Positions 9,447-24,380 of a stretch of DNA of 56,520 nucleotides are shown here, one piece after another. Where the stretch lies: contig CAUYUJ010000088.1 of the NCBI GenBank assembly GCA_963575745.1, positions 62,001-118,520 of the forward strand, written 5' to 3'. This DNA is from Prorocentrum cordatum. Its lineage: Eukaryota. The first letter of the stretch is position 1; the number at the start of each line of letters is the position of its first letter. Under the pieces are notes generated by a model, which ran no database searches, had not been told where the DNA came from, and saw only the letters and a program-made list of their open reading frames with translations. A program made the position numbers and the translations under genes.

Positions 9447-12400
9447 ATGGAGCTTTGGCGGCGCACGCGAACGCTATCTCTTGGAAGCAAATTGCACGTC
9501 GCTACTGCAAATGTCCAGGGACTAGCACAGGCAGGCAAGAGAGAAGAAATTGAAATATGGATGAAGCAAAAAGAAATTCCGTTCCTTGCAATCCAAGAAA
9601 CCCATACTCGCACCAATTCGCGGGAAACCCGTAAAGATTACCATTGGTATTTCGCCGGAGAAGGCAAGACGCAAGCACAACACTTTTCGACGGGAGTTGG
9701 TTTTGAAATCAGCAAACATCATTGCAAATACGTAAAAGATGCAGTCCCGGTCTCGGACCGGATCATTGCGTTGGAACTGCGACAACAAGCAACACAATTG
9801 ACACTCATTGGCGTGTACGCACCAACCGCCGCGCGCCCAGAAGCGGAGAAAGACGATTTCTATGCTGATCTCTCGCGCATTTGGGACCGATACAAAAACA
9901 AAGGCCCAACATTGATTTTAGGTGATTTCAATGCTAGAATACACATTGCATTGGATGATGCCGAGCGAACTGTAGTCGGCCAGCACACTTTCGATCCAGA
10001 AAACGTCAACCCTCTCCAACGCAACCCGGATTCTGTGTACAACAGGCAGCTTTTTCTGAGTTTCTGCGTTGACAATGATCTGATTCTCACCAACACACAG
10101 TTCCGAAAACGGCCAGAAAAAACTAGCCACGTACAGGGGACCTGGCGCCATTTTCAGTAGCCCGTACACCAGGCAGTGGCGCGAAGTATTGGACTATATC
10201 CTCGTGGGCCGCAGATGGAGAAGAGCCGTCCTTGACTGCGAAGCCGATCGAACCGCGAATATCCACTCGGACCACAGACCGCTTCGGGCCACGTTCTGCG
10301 TGCGCCTCAAGCGGGGCCCCGAGAAGGCAAAAACGCCTCGACCAAAGTTTCTACCTTGCACGGAAGACCAAGCGGAGACATTCAATGCCCAAGTAACATG
10401 GCAAATCGCCGCAGCAAGTGGCGCGAGCCCCACGGAAACAGTCCAAGCAGCATTAGCGGGAGCCTCGTTGTCCAGCCTCCCGAAAGCACCTCGCAAACCA
10501 ACGCAGGAGAAAATATCAGCCGGCACGCTGGAGCTACTCGAACAACGCAGGTTGGCCTTGCTTAATCAGGACCTACACGCGTATAGTTTGCTCTCCACGG
10601 AATTCCGGAAAAGCAAGAAACGAGACAGCCGGGAATATATAATTAAGACTTTAAGCAAGGACCTCGACACTCGGGACGTGTGGATGGGCATTCGACAGCC
10701 CAAAAAAGGTCACGCAGCACAACCGTGCAACTTCAAGACAGCACAGGGCAAAAATGTACCAAAATGCCAAATGGCAGAGGAGGCCGCCAAGCATCTGGCC
10801 ACCAAACAATGGACAGCAATTGATGCCCTCCCTGGGTCGACACTGCCGCGCTCCAAGATAGCGCAACCGATGCTGCCTTACAATACGGGAGATATCGCCT
10901 TGGCCGAGGCACGAGCGGCGCTGAAGAAGTGCAAACGACGGAAGGCCCTTGGGCCGGACAACGTCCCAATGGAGGCCTTGAAAGAATTGGACGATGTGAA
11001 CCTCTCCAAAATTGTAGACTTGCTAAACGAGTGGTGGCGCTCGGAAACTGTACCTCCGGACGTGGCCCAAGCCCGTGTCGCGCTGATTTTTAAGAAGGGA
11101 GACGCCGGCAAACTGGACAACTACAGGCCGATTTCACTACTCAACAGCGTATATAAGCTGCATGCTGCAATCCTTCAGAAGCGCATCGAGGAACACGTTG
11201 ACCCATATGTCCAATCCACGCAGTACGGCTTCCGCCGGCGAAAGAGCACTATGCACGCCGTTCAGTGCGTGAAACGATTCGCCGAGATGGGCGAAGCGGC
11301 CGACCGACAGGTGCTAATGGTTTTGCTCGATTGGAAAAAGCGTTTGATAAAGTAACGCGAGAGAGTCTGTGGAACGCCATGGACCGCATGAATGTGCACC
11401 CCAAGCTGATCAAAGCGGTGCAGAGCATTTACGGCGTCACGCAGTTCAAGGTCGAAATGGAAGGAGCGGAATCGTCGTGGTACGAACAACAGTGCGGTAT
11501 AAGACAAGGCTGTCCTTTGTCGCCATACTTGTTTTTGTTGGTCATGACCGCTCTTTTCCATGATGTCCAGAAAAACGCGGACCGCCAGCTCGGCCCGCAC
11601 CGTCTGCCAGGCGTGAGCTTTGACGCTGTTTTGTACGCCGATGATACCATCTGTATATCGCAAGCACCAAAGCAATGAACGCGCGGTTAAAGTCAATTGA
11701 AGAAGAAAGTTCCAAGTATGGCCTTCGACTCAACACAACCAAGTGTGAAGTTATCCACACCGGGCATTCCCACCCAAACATCCATTTCGCTAACGGGGAC
11801 CCTGTGGAAGTCAAAGCGGAAGTCAAATACCTTGGATGCGTGCTTAATAATAAGAGCGACACTACCAAAGAAGTCAATGCTCGCATCTCTCAAGTTCTCG
11901 CTACGATGAAAAAGCTCAACACTTTCTGGTTGCACAGCGACTGCCCCACTCGCCTTAAAATCCTCGCTTTCGACGCGACAATCCGGTCTAAGCTCCTGCG
12001 CGGGCTGGCCACAGCACAGCTCACGCAAGCAACGATCAAACGGATCGACACAGTGCAGCTGAAAGGACTCCGCAAAATCTTGCACATGACAACGACATAC
12101 GTCAACCGAGCAAACACGAATGCTCTCGTTTTCGAAAGGGCGAACCAGAGTATCCAAGCTGCAGGAGCAACCAAACCAGTGACTCCGTTCAGCCAAATGC
12201 ACCACCAACAAAAGCTGAAACTGCATCAAAACCTCTTGAACGCCGATCCCTCGGACCCAGTCCGGCAAGCAACAGCCGACGCGCTAGAGTTTCTACGATT
12301 CGAGAAAAACCGGGCGGGGCGACCTCGGTTGAAGTGGACGAAAGAAACTGCTGAGGAATACTGGATAGCGACAGCCGCCCACCGACCCCCTGCCCTCCGG

Positions 12401-12475
12401 AACATTGCTCTAGATCTTTCTCTCGCCACACATCGAGAAGCCTTGTTAGAAGTAGCTCAAACATTGCCTTTATAA
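9447..12475 (+). pseudogene. LINE ORF2: apurinic-like endonuclease plus reverse transcriptase, three frameshifts
   Basis: APE motifs TANVQG, LAIQETH, GVGF, VYAPT, LGDFNA, LDYIL, SDH. RT motifs KALGPD, NYRPISLLN, QYGFR, (D)xEKAFDKV, GIRQGCPLSPYLF, YADD, KYLG, and C-terminal GRPRLKW. Frame changes near 10120, 11335 and 11670. Confidence 0.95.
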
Positions 12476-12699
12476 AATTATGAATGACTGTCAGACCGGT
12501 GCAATCCGTGGATTCTCTCTTCCCTCCCCTTCCCCTCCCCTTCCTCTCCCCCCTCCTCCCCCCCCCCACTCAGCCCGGCACGCTCGGCGCAGCGCGCGCG
12601 CCGCACGTCGCTCCGAGGCGCGGAGCGGCCAGGGAGGCCCCGAGGCCCCGCCGGGGGCATGGGACGAGGAAATATAGTATCGTTTGTCAGAATATTTAC

Positions 12700-13600
12700 T
12701 GCAGCTGCAGTATTGTTCCGAGTCAAAAAGGTGATGCATGCTTGCGTCTGGTTTTCATGGTAGTCCCAGGCGTGATTCTGATTTATACTTTTGCAGAACC
12801 TGTTGCATCGCTTGGTGGCCCTGGCTTGTGAAAAAGAATCCGCGAATCCAATGTTGTGGATCCCGATGTCCAAGTTGAGCAACCCATTCCCAATCGAGTG
12901 GTATCGCCAGCATCCGAACGATTATCTGATCGCCAGAGAGGTGACCTTCCGATTTGAAGCGAATTCCCTATCATATCCAGACGTCGTGTTTGTGAGCCTA
13001 AGCGCCGTAGACATGCTCGGCATCGTTCTCATGAATATGCATGAAGCATCCCAGGTATATCACATTGATCTTAGTTTCCATATGTATGTCCAATGAGCGA
13101 TTGACAATGCAATTTTGCTTTTCATATGCATTTCGTGGATCAGTCTGGTTGACATATCTTGTTATAAGACCAGTGTCCAAATTATCGCTTGCGCATTCGT
13201 GTATGTTTTGTGGAGTTGGTCCTCAGGCTTCGAGAGGTAGGTGCTATTCTCTTGGAGCACCCTTCTATCCCCCATGCGCGTCGACGGATGCGCGACGCTG
13301 CTCAGGCGCATGAGTGCGATTGAAAACATCATCGCGCCTGGTGCGTTCATGACAATTCTGGGGGAGTTCGACACTGTCAAGAACAGCAAGAGATCGTCTA
13401 CAGGATTTGATTACCTACGCGCAGCTCTCGCATCTTACGCTCTGAGCCTTACCGCGGCAGTTCTATTCTCGAGATCTTTGCATGGGCGCCCCGATGCAGC
13501 GCCGCCGCCGCTGCTCTACATAGTACCTCTCGTCCTTCTCTCATCTGTCGGTGTTGCATTTTCCGCGGGGGGCTCAAAGAACTCATGGATGTTTCAGCCA
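12700..13600 (+). pseudogene. Signal peptide peptidase (peptidase A22B)-like, intronless, frameshifted, catalytic motifs degenerate
   Basis: Collinear by-eye match across four frames: LSYPDVVFVSLSAV ~ FDTKDLVCLGLSSI; AIENIIAPGAFMTILGEFD ~ GLGDVVIPGIFIALLLRFD; YLRAALASYALSL ~ YFYTSFAAYIFGL; APPPLLYIVP ~ AQPALLYLVP. Confidence 0.75.
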
Positions 13601-13899
13601 GTGCGTAGAAGACATGTCGATTCCAGCCGACGCTGGCATATTCCATGACCACAGGATGGCCTAGCTCAGTTGATGCTTGGGACCGGTCGCCGCCAAGCCA
13701 GCAGATCCGGCAGGACTATACATGCGGCGGGGGGCCGGGGCCGGGGGCCGGAGCCCCGACCGCAAATGTGGGGCCCGGGGCCCGGCCCCGTCTCTGGGGG
13801 GCCTATCGCACCAGGGGGGCCCTCAGGCAGCAACCCACGCGGCCCCAGACGGTCTCGAGACGCCCCCGAGGCGCCGCCCAGGGGTCTCCGGCGACGCGC

Positions 13900-14720
13900 G
13901 ATGCGTTTTAAATTTCCCCAGAGGCCCCCAAGACGCCCCAAGAGGCCATCGCGACGCCGCCCAAGAGCGCCCCGAGAAGGCAAAATCCTTGATTTTGATT
14001 GGTGGTTCGTTCAATGTTCTTTTGGGCATTCTAGCTGCCTCGTGTTTCCGGCGCTAAAGCACCGCCCAAGAGGCCCACGAAACCGTTCCGGGACGGCCCG
14101 CGAGGCCCCCAAGAGAGCCCCGAGACGGCCCGAGAGAGTTCCGGGACGGCCCCGGAGCCGCCCAAGACGGCGCAAGAGGGCCCCAAGAAGACCCCGCAAG
14201 GGGCCCAAGGGAGGGAACGCGAACCGAAAAATCAAGCCCCCCGCCCCAAGAGGCCCCCGAGAGGCCCCAAGATGTCCCCAGGAAGCCCCCAAGAGGCCCC
14301 AGGAGGCCTCCAAGAGGCCCCCAAGAAGCCCAAAAGAACATCCAAGAGGCCCCAAGACGGCACCCAAAAGGCTTCAAAACTCTTTCTAGGAGGCCCCCGA
14401 AGACATGCCAATACGGCCCCGTGACGACTTCAGGAAAGCGCCCAGGGTCCTGCTCCGAGGAAGCCCCAGGAGGCCCCCAAGAGAGCCCAAGAGGCCCCCA
14501 CGATGCCCCCAAGCAGCCTCAGGCAGCATCCAGGAGGCTGGAAAGAGGCCCCCAAGAGCCCAGCGGTCCAGGAGGGAGCCAAACGAACACTTCCTGCCCT
14601 GGGCTCCCGGAAGCCCAACAGGAAACCCCACGCAACTCGCAAGACCCCCCCCCCGACGCCCCCGAGACGCCCAAAAGGTTTCCCAGACAGCCCAAGATGC
14701 ACACAAAAAATACAGCAAAC
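13900..14720 (+). repeat. Dispersed GC-rich repeat built from ~11-bp CCAAGAGGCCC-like units
   Basis: Dense ccaagaggccc/ccaagacgccc variants. The same family occurs at 43930-45060, 50040-50300 and 51180-51610 in both orientations. Confidence 0.85.
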
Positions 14721-15742
14721 AAAATGCGATGCCCAGGGGTGCGTTTAGGCCATTATTTCGAGACAAAGCCAGCCTGGGCCGCGAAGAGCGCCTCGGAGAC
14801 GGAAAAGAAGGTCATCCGGTTGCGGACCAGACCGGGCCGCAACCAGGCCCGGGGCCCGGGGGGCACGACGTCTACCACAAATGCGCGGCCCGGGGGCCCA
14901 GCCGGACCGGGGCCCAATTTCGCGTTGGAGGGCGGTCCGATGAGCGCCGCGGCGGCCCCTGCCAGCCGCCCGCCACCCCGGAGACGGCTTCGACGGATCA
15001 CGGGGCGTCTCCAACGGCCCCAGAGGCTTCGAGGACGCTTTTTTAGACCGTGCAATTTGCCCCGCGAGGGCCCCGAGATCCGTAGAACGCATATGTTTAC
15101 CGCGTTCGTGATTTCCGTCTTCGCACCGTCCTCGACGACTTCAGGGCCCCCCAAGACATCGCCCCATGCGCGGCCCGAGACGCGGGTCAGGGGAGCATCG
15201 GCGTAGCATCAACAGAGGCGTCCGACGGTGTCGGAAACCTCGGATGTCTGTCATATTTTAGCGAGGGCGATCACTAGACTCATCTAGCTCTCACACCTCC
15301 GCCACGCGATGATCCAGGCGGCAGTTGTTCAGCCCGAAAGGGCTGACAGAACAGCTCAGGTGACTGGAAAACGTTTCCCAGTTCTCCCGCGTCTACTTTG
15401 TAGAGAGACGGTCTGGGCGGGCCTTGGATTGTCAGAAGTGTGCCCAACGCGTTCTGGCAGTGCCCCGCCGGAACACGCTGGCGACCACCCGCGTCGCGCT
15501 GCGTGGTGCGTGAGTCATAGCATAGCATGGCGCACGTGCGCATAGGGCGAACGCCCTGGACAGGCTTTTGATGCATTTGCTGCCGCTGCATTGCATCGAG
15601 TCTTGAATGCGCCAGAGCGGCGACCGTTTAGATCGCCACAGTGCGCCGCCTTAGCGTCGCGGGGGCGGTGGCAACGCCACTTCTGCGAAGCCTCGCGGGG
15701 GCGGCGGCAGCGCCACTCTTGCGAGGCAAATTGTCGTCCGGA

Positions 15743-15770
15743 CCTGTTTGGCTCAAGGCTCAAGTTTGGC
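15743..15770 (+). other. Dinoflagellate spliced-leader-like relic, tandem partial copies
   Basis: cctgtttggctcaag matches the DinoSL 3' part CCATTTTGGCTCAAG at 13/15 positions and is followed at once by gctcaag and tttggc. Confidence 0.55.
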
Positions 15771-16139
15771 GCGCCGCGTCGAGATATGGCCCATCAGCGC
15801 ACCGAGTAGAGCGAGCGAGATCGCCTATGCGTTCGCCTCGCTATCTCGGTAAACACCCACTGAGATTGAAACTCCGACTGCCCATGTCGCCCCACTTGAA
15901 GAATGCGTTGCCCATATCGCCCTCGGAGGTCTTCCGACTTCCCAGCGGGCTTGCAGAGCGGCGAAGCATCCTAGACGCGCAATGCCCCGTCGCCCAGAGG
16001 AGACCGCAGCGGCGGTGGAGGAAGAGATGGGAATGTCGGACATGTTGCGCTGCAAAGGGCTTTGAGCCCAAATCCCTCCCAGAGCGCAGCGCCCCCCGCT
16101 GCGCCTGGCCCGCCCGCTGCTCTGCTGCGCGCGCGGCGC

Positions 16140-16742
16140 CGAGCTTGCGGCGATCGCGCGATCGGCCCCTCGGTCACGTGCGCGATCTGCGGGATGGAAG
16201 TGCACGCCCATTGCATGGCCCCCTACCAGGGCCACGCGGTGCGCCACGCCTGCCACGCCGAGCGGGGCATCGTCTACGCGCGGGGGCAGGCGGCATGGGG
16301 CGGGCACGCGGCCGCGACCGCGGGGAGGACCGCGGCGATTTCGGCCCAGATGGTCGGCCACGCCCTCGGCGCCATCATCTCGACGGCCGCCGCAGGAGCG
16401 CGGCGGCCAGCGCTGGGCGCGGCCGCGGGGGCGAGGCAGACTTGGAGCGCAGGCGCGATGATGCCGCGCCCAATCTTGCCGATCACCGGGCCCAGCGTCG
16501 AAGAAGGAACCGCGCCGGCCCCGGCGTGCCAGGGCGAACGACATGTTGTTGCGATGGGCCTGATACTGGCGGAGCTTCGCGACCTCCGCCTCCAGGTCGA
16601 CAGCCTCAGCAGGCGGGGCGCTGAACTCGAGGCGGAGCGGGTTGCCGAGCGCGCCAGGGCAGCCGCTCCATCTGCGGGGTACCTCGCCCCGACTGCCGCC
16701 GACCAGGTTGAGGTCGCGGCGCCATTGTCTTCCAGCTCATAG
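16140..16742 (+). pseudogene. Decayed Gag-like N-terminus: PHD/C1-like Cys-His cluster, Ala/Gly-rich helix, coiled coil
   Basis: RACGDRAIGPSVTCAICGMEVHAHCMAPYQGHAVRHACH (two expected Cys appear as Arg, consistent with TGC>CGC) and ILAELRDLRLQVDSLSRRGAELEAER. No pol follows. Confidence 0.4.
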
Positions 16743-17429
16743 GGGCCGCCGACGGCCGCGGTGAGTGGAGGCCAGAGTGCGCATGTCGGCGCACATGGAG
16801 TACTTGGCGATGACGCTCCCCGCGCAGGCAGCGGGCTGATCAACCAGGCGTCGGCGACCTTGGAGCTCCTCGCCGGCGGGGGTCAGGAGGTGGACATAAG
16901 GGCGGAGTTCTTCGGCGCGCAGGCGGCGCCTGCAGCGACGACGACGACGACTTCTGCCACGACTCCTTCCCCCGGAGGTTCGGCTCCTGCGGCTTCGACC
17001 CCGGCGCCGGCAGTCCCGCGGCAGCATCGGCGGCGGCGGCCATCTGCCGCGGGTGCCGCCGCGGCGCTATTGCCTGATGGCTTTTCGAGCCCCGCCGCAT
17101 CGGCTCCTGCCTCGGCGATGCTTGCGGCCGAGGGCCCGCAGGCGTGGGCCGCATCCCAGGCGACTGCACCTTCCCTGACCTTCTCGAGGTCGCCCCTGCA
17201 TGTCAAAAAATGGCATGCGTCGCAACGACCTAAAACGAGAGTTATTTCTAGGTCACGGTTTTAGTAACTAGCAAACTTGGCACACCCAAACCTAAATTCC
17301 TATGCCTGGGGTTAAAATATAATATCAGAGCTAGTTATAAACTTATCTATATAGTTATGTATATAGCTATTCTCACAAGGTTCTGACAGCGTAGTTCGGC
17401 AAGGGACGGCCGGAGATTGCCTCGAGACG

Positions 17430-18270
17430 GCCCCCGGAGCTCCCCAGACTCACCGAGGAATCTCCGACGGGGGCCCCAGCGGCGCAAAACCTCCGAGGGG
17501 ATCGAGGATCGACGGACAGCCAGTCAAACACATGCCCTGGGACCAATGAAGATCTCGAGACGCGCGCTGGACCAAGAATTCGAAGCGGGCCCAGCCGCGG
17601 CGACGAGAATGACCCAGAGCCCATGAGGCCCGAATGCCAAACCAAAAAACATGAATCGTGGATCGTTCGTTCCACGAACTTCGAACCTCGAAGAGAAGCA
17701 GCGCGCCGCGCCGCCCATGGGGAGGCCGAATTGAGGTGCGGGACGTGACGACGACGAAGACGAAGACTCTTCCTCCTCCTCCTCATCCTCCTCCTCCTCC
17801 TCCTCCTCCTCCTCCTCCCTCTCCCCCCCCCCCCCCTCCTCGGCCCTCCCCCGGCGTCCCTCCCCCTCCTCCTCCTCCTCCTCCTCCTCCTCCTCCTCCC
17901 CCTCCTCTTCCTTCCATGGCGCGCCCCTTCCTCGCGCCCTCTCCCATCCCCATTGCTTGCCTCGCCCTGGCGCCCCAATGCCCGATCCGTCCGGGTCGGC
18001 CCAGGGGCGCCGCTGGGGGCCGACAGCGGCGCGGCACCCTCGAGGGGATCGACGGTCGACGAAAATACCGCTGAGAAAAAACAACGACCCTGGGATCAAT
18101 CCAGAGACGCGCGCTGGACCAGAAATTCGAAACGGATCCGGCCGCGGCGACGAGAGCGACCCAGGACCTCGATCGAGGCCCGAAAACGGCAAGACAACCG
18201 AATCGTCGATCCATGAAGTTCGATCCTCGAACAGGAGCATCGCCGCCCTGGGGGCGACCGAGTCGAAGGG
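17430..18270 (+). repeat. Diverged direct duplication of a ~270-bp unit separated by (CCT)n
   Basis: gagacgcgcgctggacc.gaattcgaa...gccgcggcgacgaga...gacccag at ~17556 and ~18104, and cca(c/t)gaa.ttcga.cctcgaa at ~17672 and ~18211. Confidence 0.85.
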
Positions 18271-18335
18271 CGGGGCGGGGCGACGAAGCCGACGCCGACG
18301 CCGAAGCCGACGCCGACGCCGCCAGGGACAGGCAC

Positions 18336-21640
<3,305 letters not shown>

Positions 21641-22069
21641 GGCGTGCCGCGCCTTGATAAGCATCGGCGATGGGAGCTTGCCAATGCGCGGCAGCCGCGC
21701 TGCGTCGTGCCCAGCGCCGCGTGCATGAGCGCATGGCGTTTCGGCGCGCGCTTCGAACCAATGGCGCCCCATGACGCGTTGAAGCGCGCAGCGAGCTGCG
21801 TCGGCGCGGCTCTCGCCCGCGCGAGCAGGGGCGCGCGCTGCCCCGAGGGGCCGCCCAATGAGGGATGAAGGGTAGAGGGGGATGAGGACAGGGGGCAGAG
21901 GAGGGGGGGGGGCGGGGGCACGGAGGAGCGAGGGATATGGGGGGCAATGGACAGCGGAGGGGGGCGGATCAGAGGAAGCAGCGGCGCCTGGAATGACATG
22001 TTCCTGCGCTCGCCCCCAGTCACGGAAATGCACGTTGAAATCGCTTGGCCAGCGGATGCAAGCGCGCGC

Positions 22070-22480
22070 CCCCTGACCCCAAGGATGCCCACGAACTCCC
22101 TTGCCAACCCCGGGGCAAAGGGCAGCGGCATTCGAGATTCACCCCCTTTGATTTTCAGGCAAGGCTGACGCCGTTTGCCCAACATCTTAGTAGTTCTCTT
22201 CCTTATGGTGGTGATGGGCTTAGTCGGGTCTGCGGCCTTGAGGGCCATGCAAAATGTGTTGGGTTTCTTCCTCAGCACCGTCGGACCCAGCTCGAACCTG
22301 TCTTTCTTCGTGGCGCCCCGAGTGTTGAACGCGCCCCTGTCTAGAATATCCACGATCACGCGGCCGTGGCAATGCTGCAATATGCCCAGGTCGATTGCGC
22401 GTAGCACGCAGTCGACGAAGCCATCGACGGAGAAGAGATCGACCCCGAACCCCCATATACCATCGATGTGGAACATCGCA
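22070..22480 (-). pseudogene. Possible remnant of a retroelement-type cytosine methyltransferase-like domain
   Basis: Loose ordered motifs GVDLFS, LQHCHGRVIV, FCMAL, RKRT and GGESR..PFAPGLAREFV. The catalytic PC motif is absent, so the call is weak. Confidence 0.25.
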
Positions 22481-23499
22481 CTCACCGAATTGATGGTCGG
22501 CCGTTTACGTGGGCGAAAAAAACAGCACCTCGCAAGGCGCCCCGAGGCCCTCCAGATCATGCGCGGCAGCGACGGGGCCCCCGATGGAGAGCTTGTCGCC
22601 ATGCTTGAGGCCCCAGGCCCGCCCGCGGGTCCTCTGGACAGCGCGCCCCCACGGGCGCGACTGCTTGCGCGCGAGCGCCGCGCAGAGACGCTGCAGTTCC
22701 AGCGGGGTCTCCACTCGGGCCCAAATCAAGCGCGAGCGCAGCTCAGCCTCGCAGGGCGCCTGGGCCCCTGGATCATGGCCAACTAGCCCCCGCGCCCCTC
22801 CCCCACGCAATTGGCAACGGGCAGGGCGGGCGCGGGGGTGACGGGGCGGGGTGGCGCGGGGAGGGGGGGTGGGGTGGGGGGCGGGGAGGGGGGGGGGCGC
22901 CTGCGCGCGCGCGCGACGCGTGCCCAAATGCATCGACGAGGGCGCTTGGGAAGTGGAGGGCCCCGGCGCAGTATTTTTCCCCGAGCTGGGTTCAGCCGCG
23001 GCGACGACGGGCGCCCGTGCAGGAGAACCGAGAAGGCCTGAAATGAGCCTCGGGGCTCGAGAGCCTCTGCCCACCGCCGCCGCCGCCTTCCTCCGTCCTC
23101 CACCGCGCCCCCATCCTAGCCCCGATTGCCCGCGGCGCGCTGCGAAGAGCGCACCCCGCGCGCCCGCGATGCATCTGGGCAGGCCGTGCCGTGCAGCGTG
23201 CGCGGCCTCCCCCAGGCCTGCCGCTGCCGTTCTCTCTGGGCATGGCCAGGTAGGCAATCGCCCGCCCCGGACGCCGCGCCAATCTCACTCGGTAAGAACG
23301 GCGCGCCGTCGCGCCTGGGGGGGCGGAGGGGGGCGCCGCGCAAGCAAGCGACCGACCGTCGCCGCCGAGCCCCCTCTCGGCCTCGCCCTCCACCCGCCTC
23401 GCCCGCCACCCATTCCACCGCCCCCCCCCCCTCCAACCCGAGCCAATGCCTCAGTCGCCCCATCGCCCCCCCCCATTATATATATATATATATACATAT

Positions 23500-23537
<38 letters not shown>

Positions 23538-23601
23538 GGAACAAATCGCCCCCATGCACCGCGAATTGGAGCCCGCGCCTGTCGGAGGGCAGCGCGCCCC
23601 A

Positions 23602-24380
23602 CTAGGCCAAATTAACAGCCCAATCGGCTGCGATCATGAGCTGATCTGCGGCGCGCAGCCCGTTGCACCCGCACCTGCAAAGTTGAGTGCCGAGCGCTAC
23701 CCAGACAGTCCACCGACGCCGCCTAAATGTCGGCCCAAATGAACAACGAGCGAACTTGTCCTTCTTCGTAACTGCCACTTTGTCTGCGTAGGGGATGACG
23801 GGGGCGACTGAGCCGTCCGCTTGGGCAAGAACGATAGGGTGCGACGTGTACTGGGCGATGCGGTAGTCCTCTGGGCCCAAAGCCCCTAGGTCGAATTCTT
23901 GAGGCGTCTACTCCCAGCAAAAGTGCAACAACTCAACGCGGGGGCGGATGGGCATCATCATAGACCCACGCACATTCCTACCAGCGTTGTAGTCGGGGAC
24001 GTCCGCATAATACAGACCTCGCTTAGGCCCCTAACCCCGAGCGCCGTTTGAATCTTACGGCTGTGGTTTGACCCGCGGGGCTCGAGGGGCACGGCGATTT
24101 GTTCCAGCCCTCGACCTCCCGCATCACCTACAAGTTGGGACAGGGTCGCCAAATCTTTCGAGTTCCAGAGACCGCTGCTCCACTTCGCGGCACAATGCCG
24201 AAACAACTTGTCTTCATGGCCTCCAGGCTCGCACCCCGGCGCGGCCCCGTCAGGCGCGGCAGCGGTGGCGCTGGCAGAGGCCGCAGCAGCACTCACCAGG
24301 GCGGCCTCCGCAACATCGCCAGTCGAGTCGCCCCCATCGGGAGGCGGCGCAAAACTAAACAACGCTTCAGACGCTGACAT
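23602..24380 (-). pseudogene. Decayed N-terminal part of a DNA transposase (CACTA/Plavaka-like, tentative)
   Basis: Segments GSNHSRKIQTALG, YTSHPIV, VIPYADKVAVTKKD (candidate first catalytic Asp) and LCRCGCNG...DWAVNL. Frameshift and stop present, and the gene breaks off near (TA)n at ~23480-23535. Confidence 0.45.

Larger units (their letters stand above)
7319..12671 (+). mobile_element. Full-length non-LTR retrotransposon (APE-RT LINE, RTE/RTEX-like), 5353 bp
   Basis: Exact 14-bp direct repeat atatagtatcgttt at 7305-7318 and 12672-12685 brackets ORF1, a ~1-kb spacer, ORF2 and a ~200-bp GC-rich 3' UTR. Confidence 0.9.

Noticed and set aside
13670..15206. Arg/Pro-rich ORFs in all six frames
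   Set aside because: Stop-poor GC-rich dispersed repeat. The same applies to 25512-27405 (+), 29012-31748 and 43770-45179.
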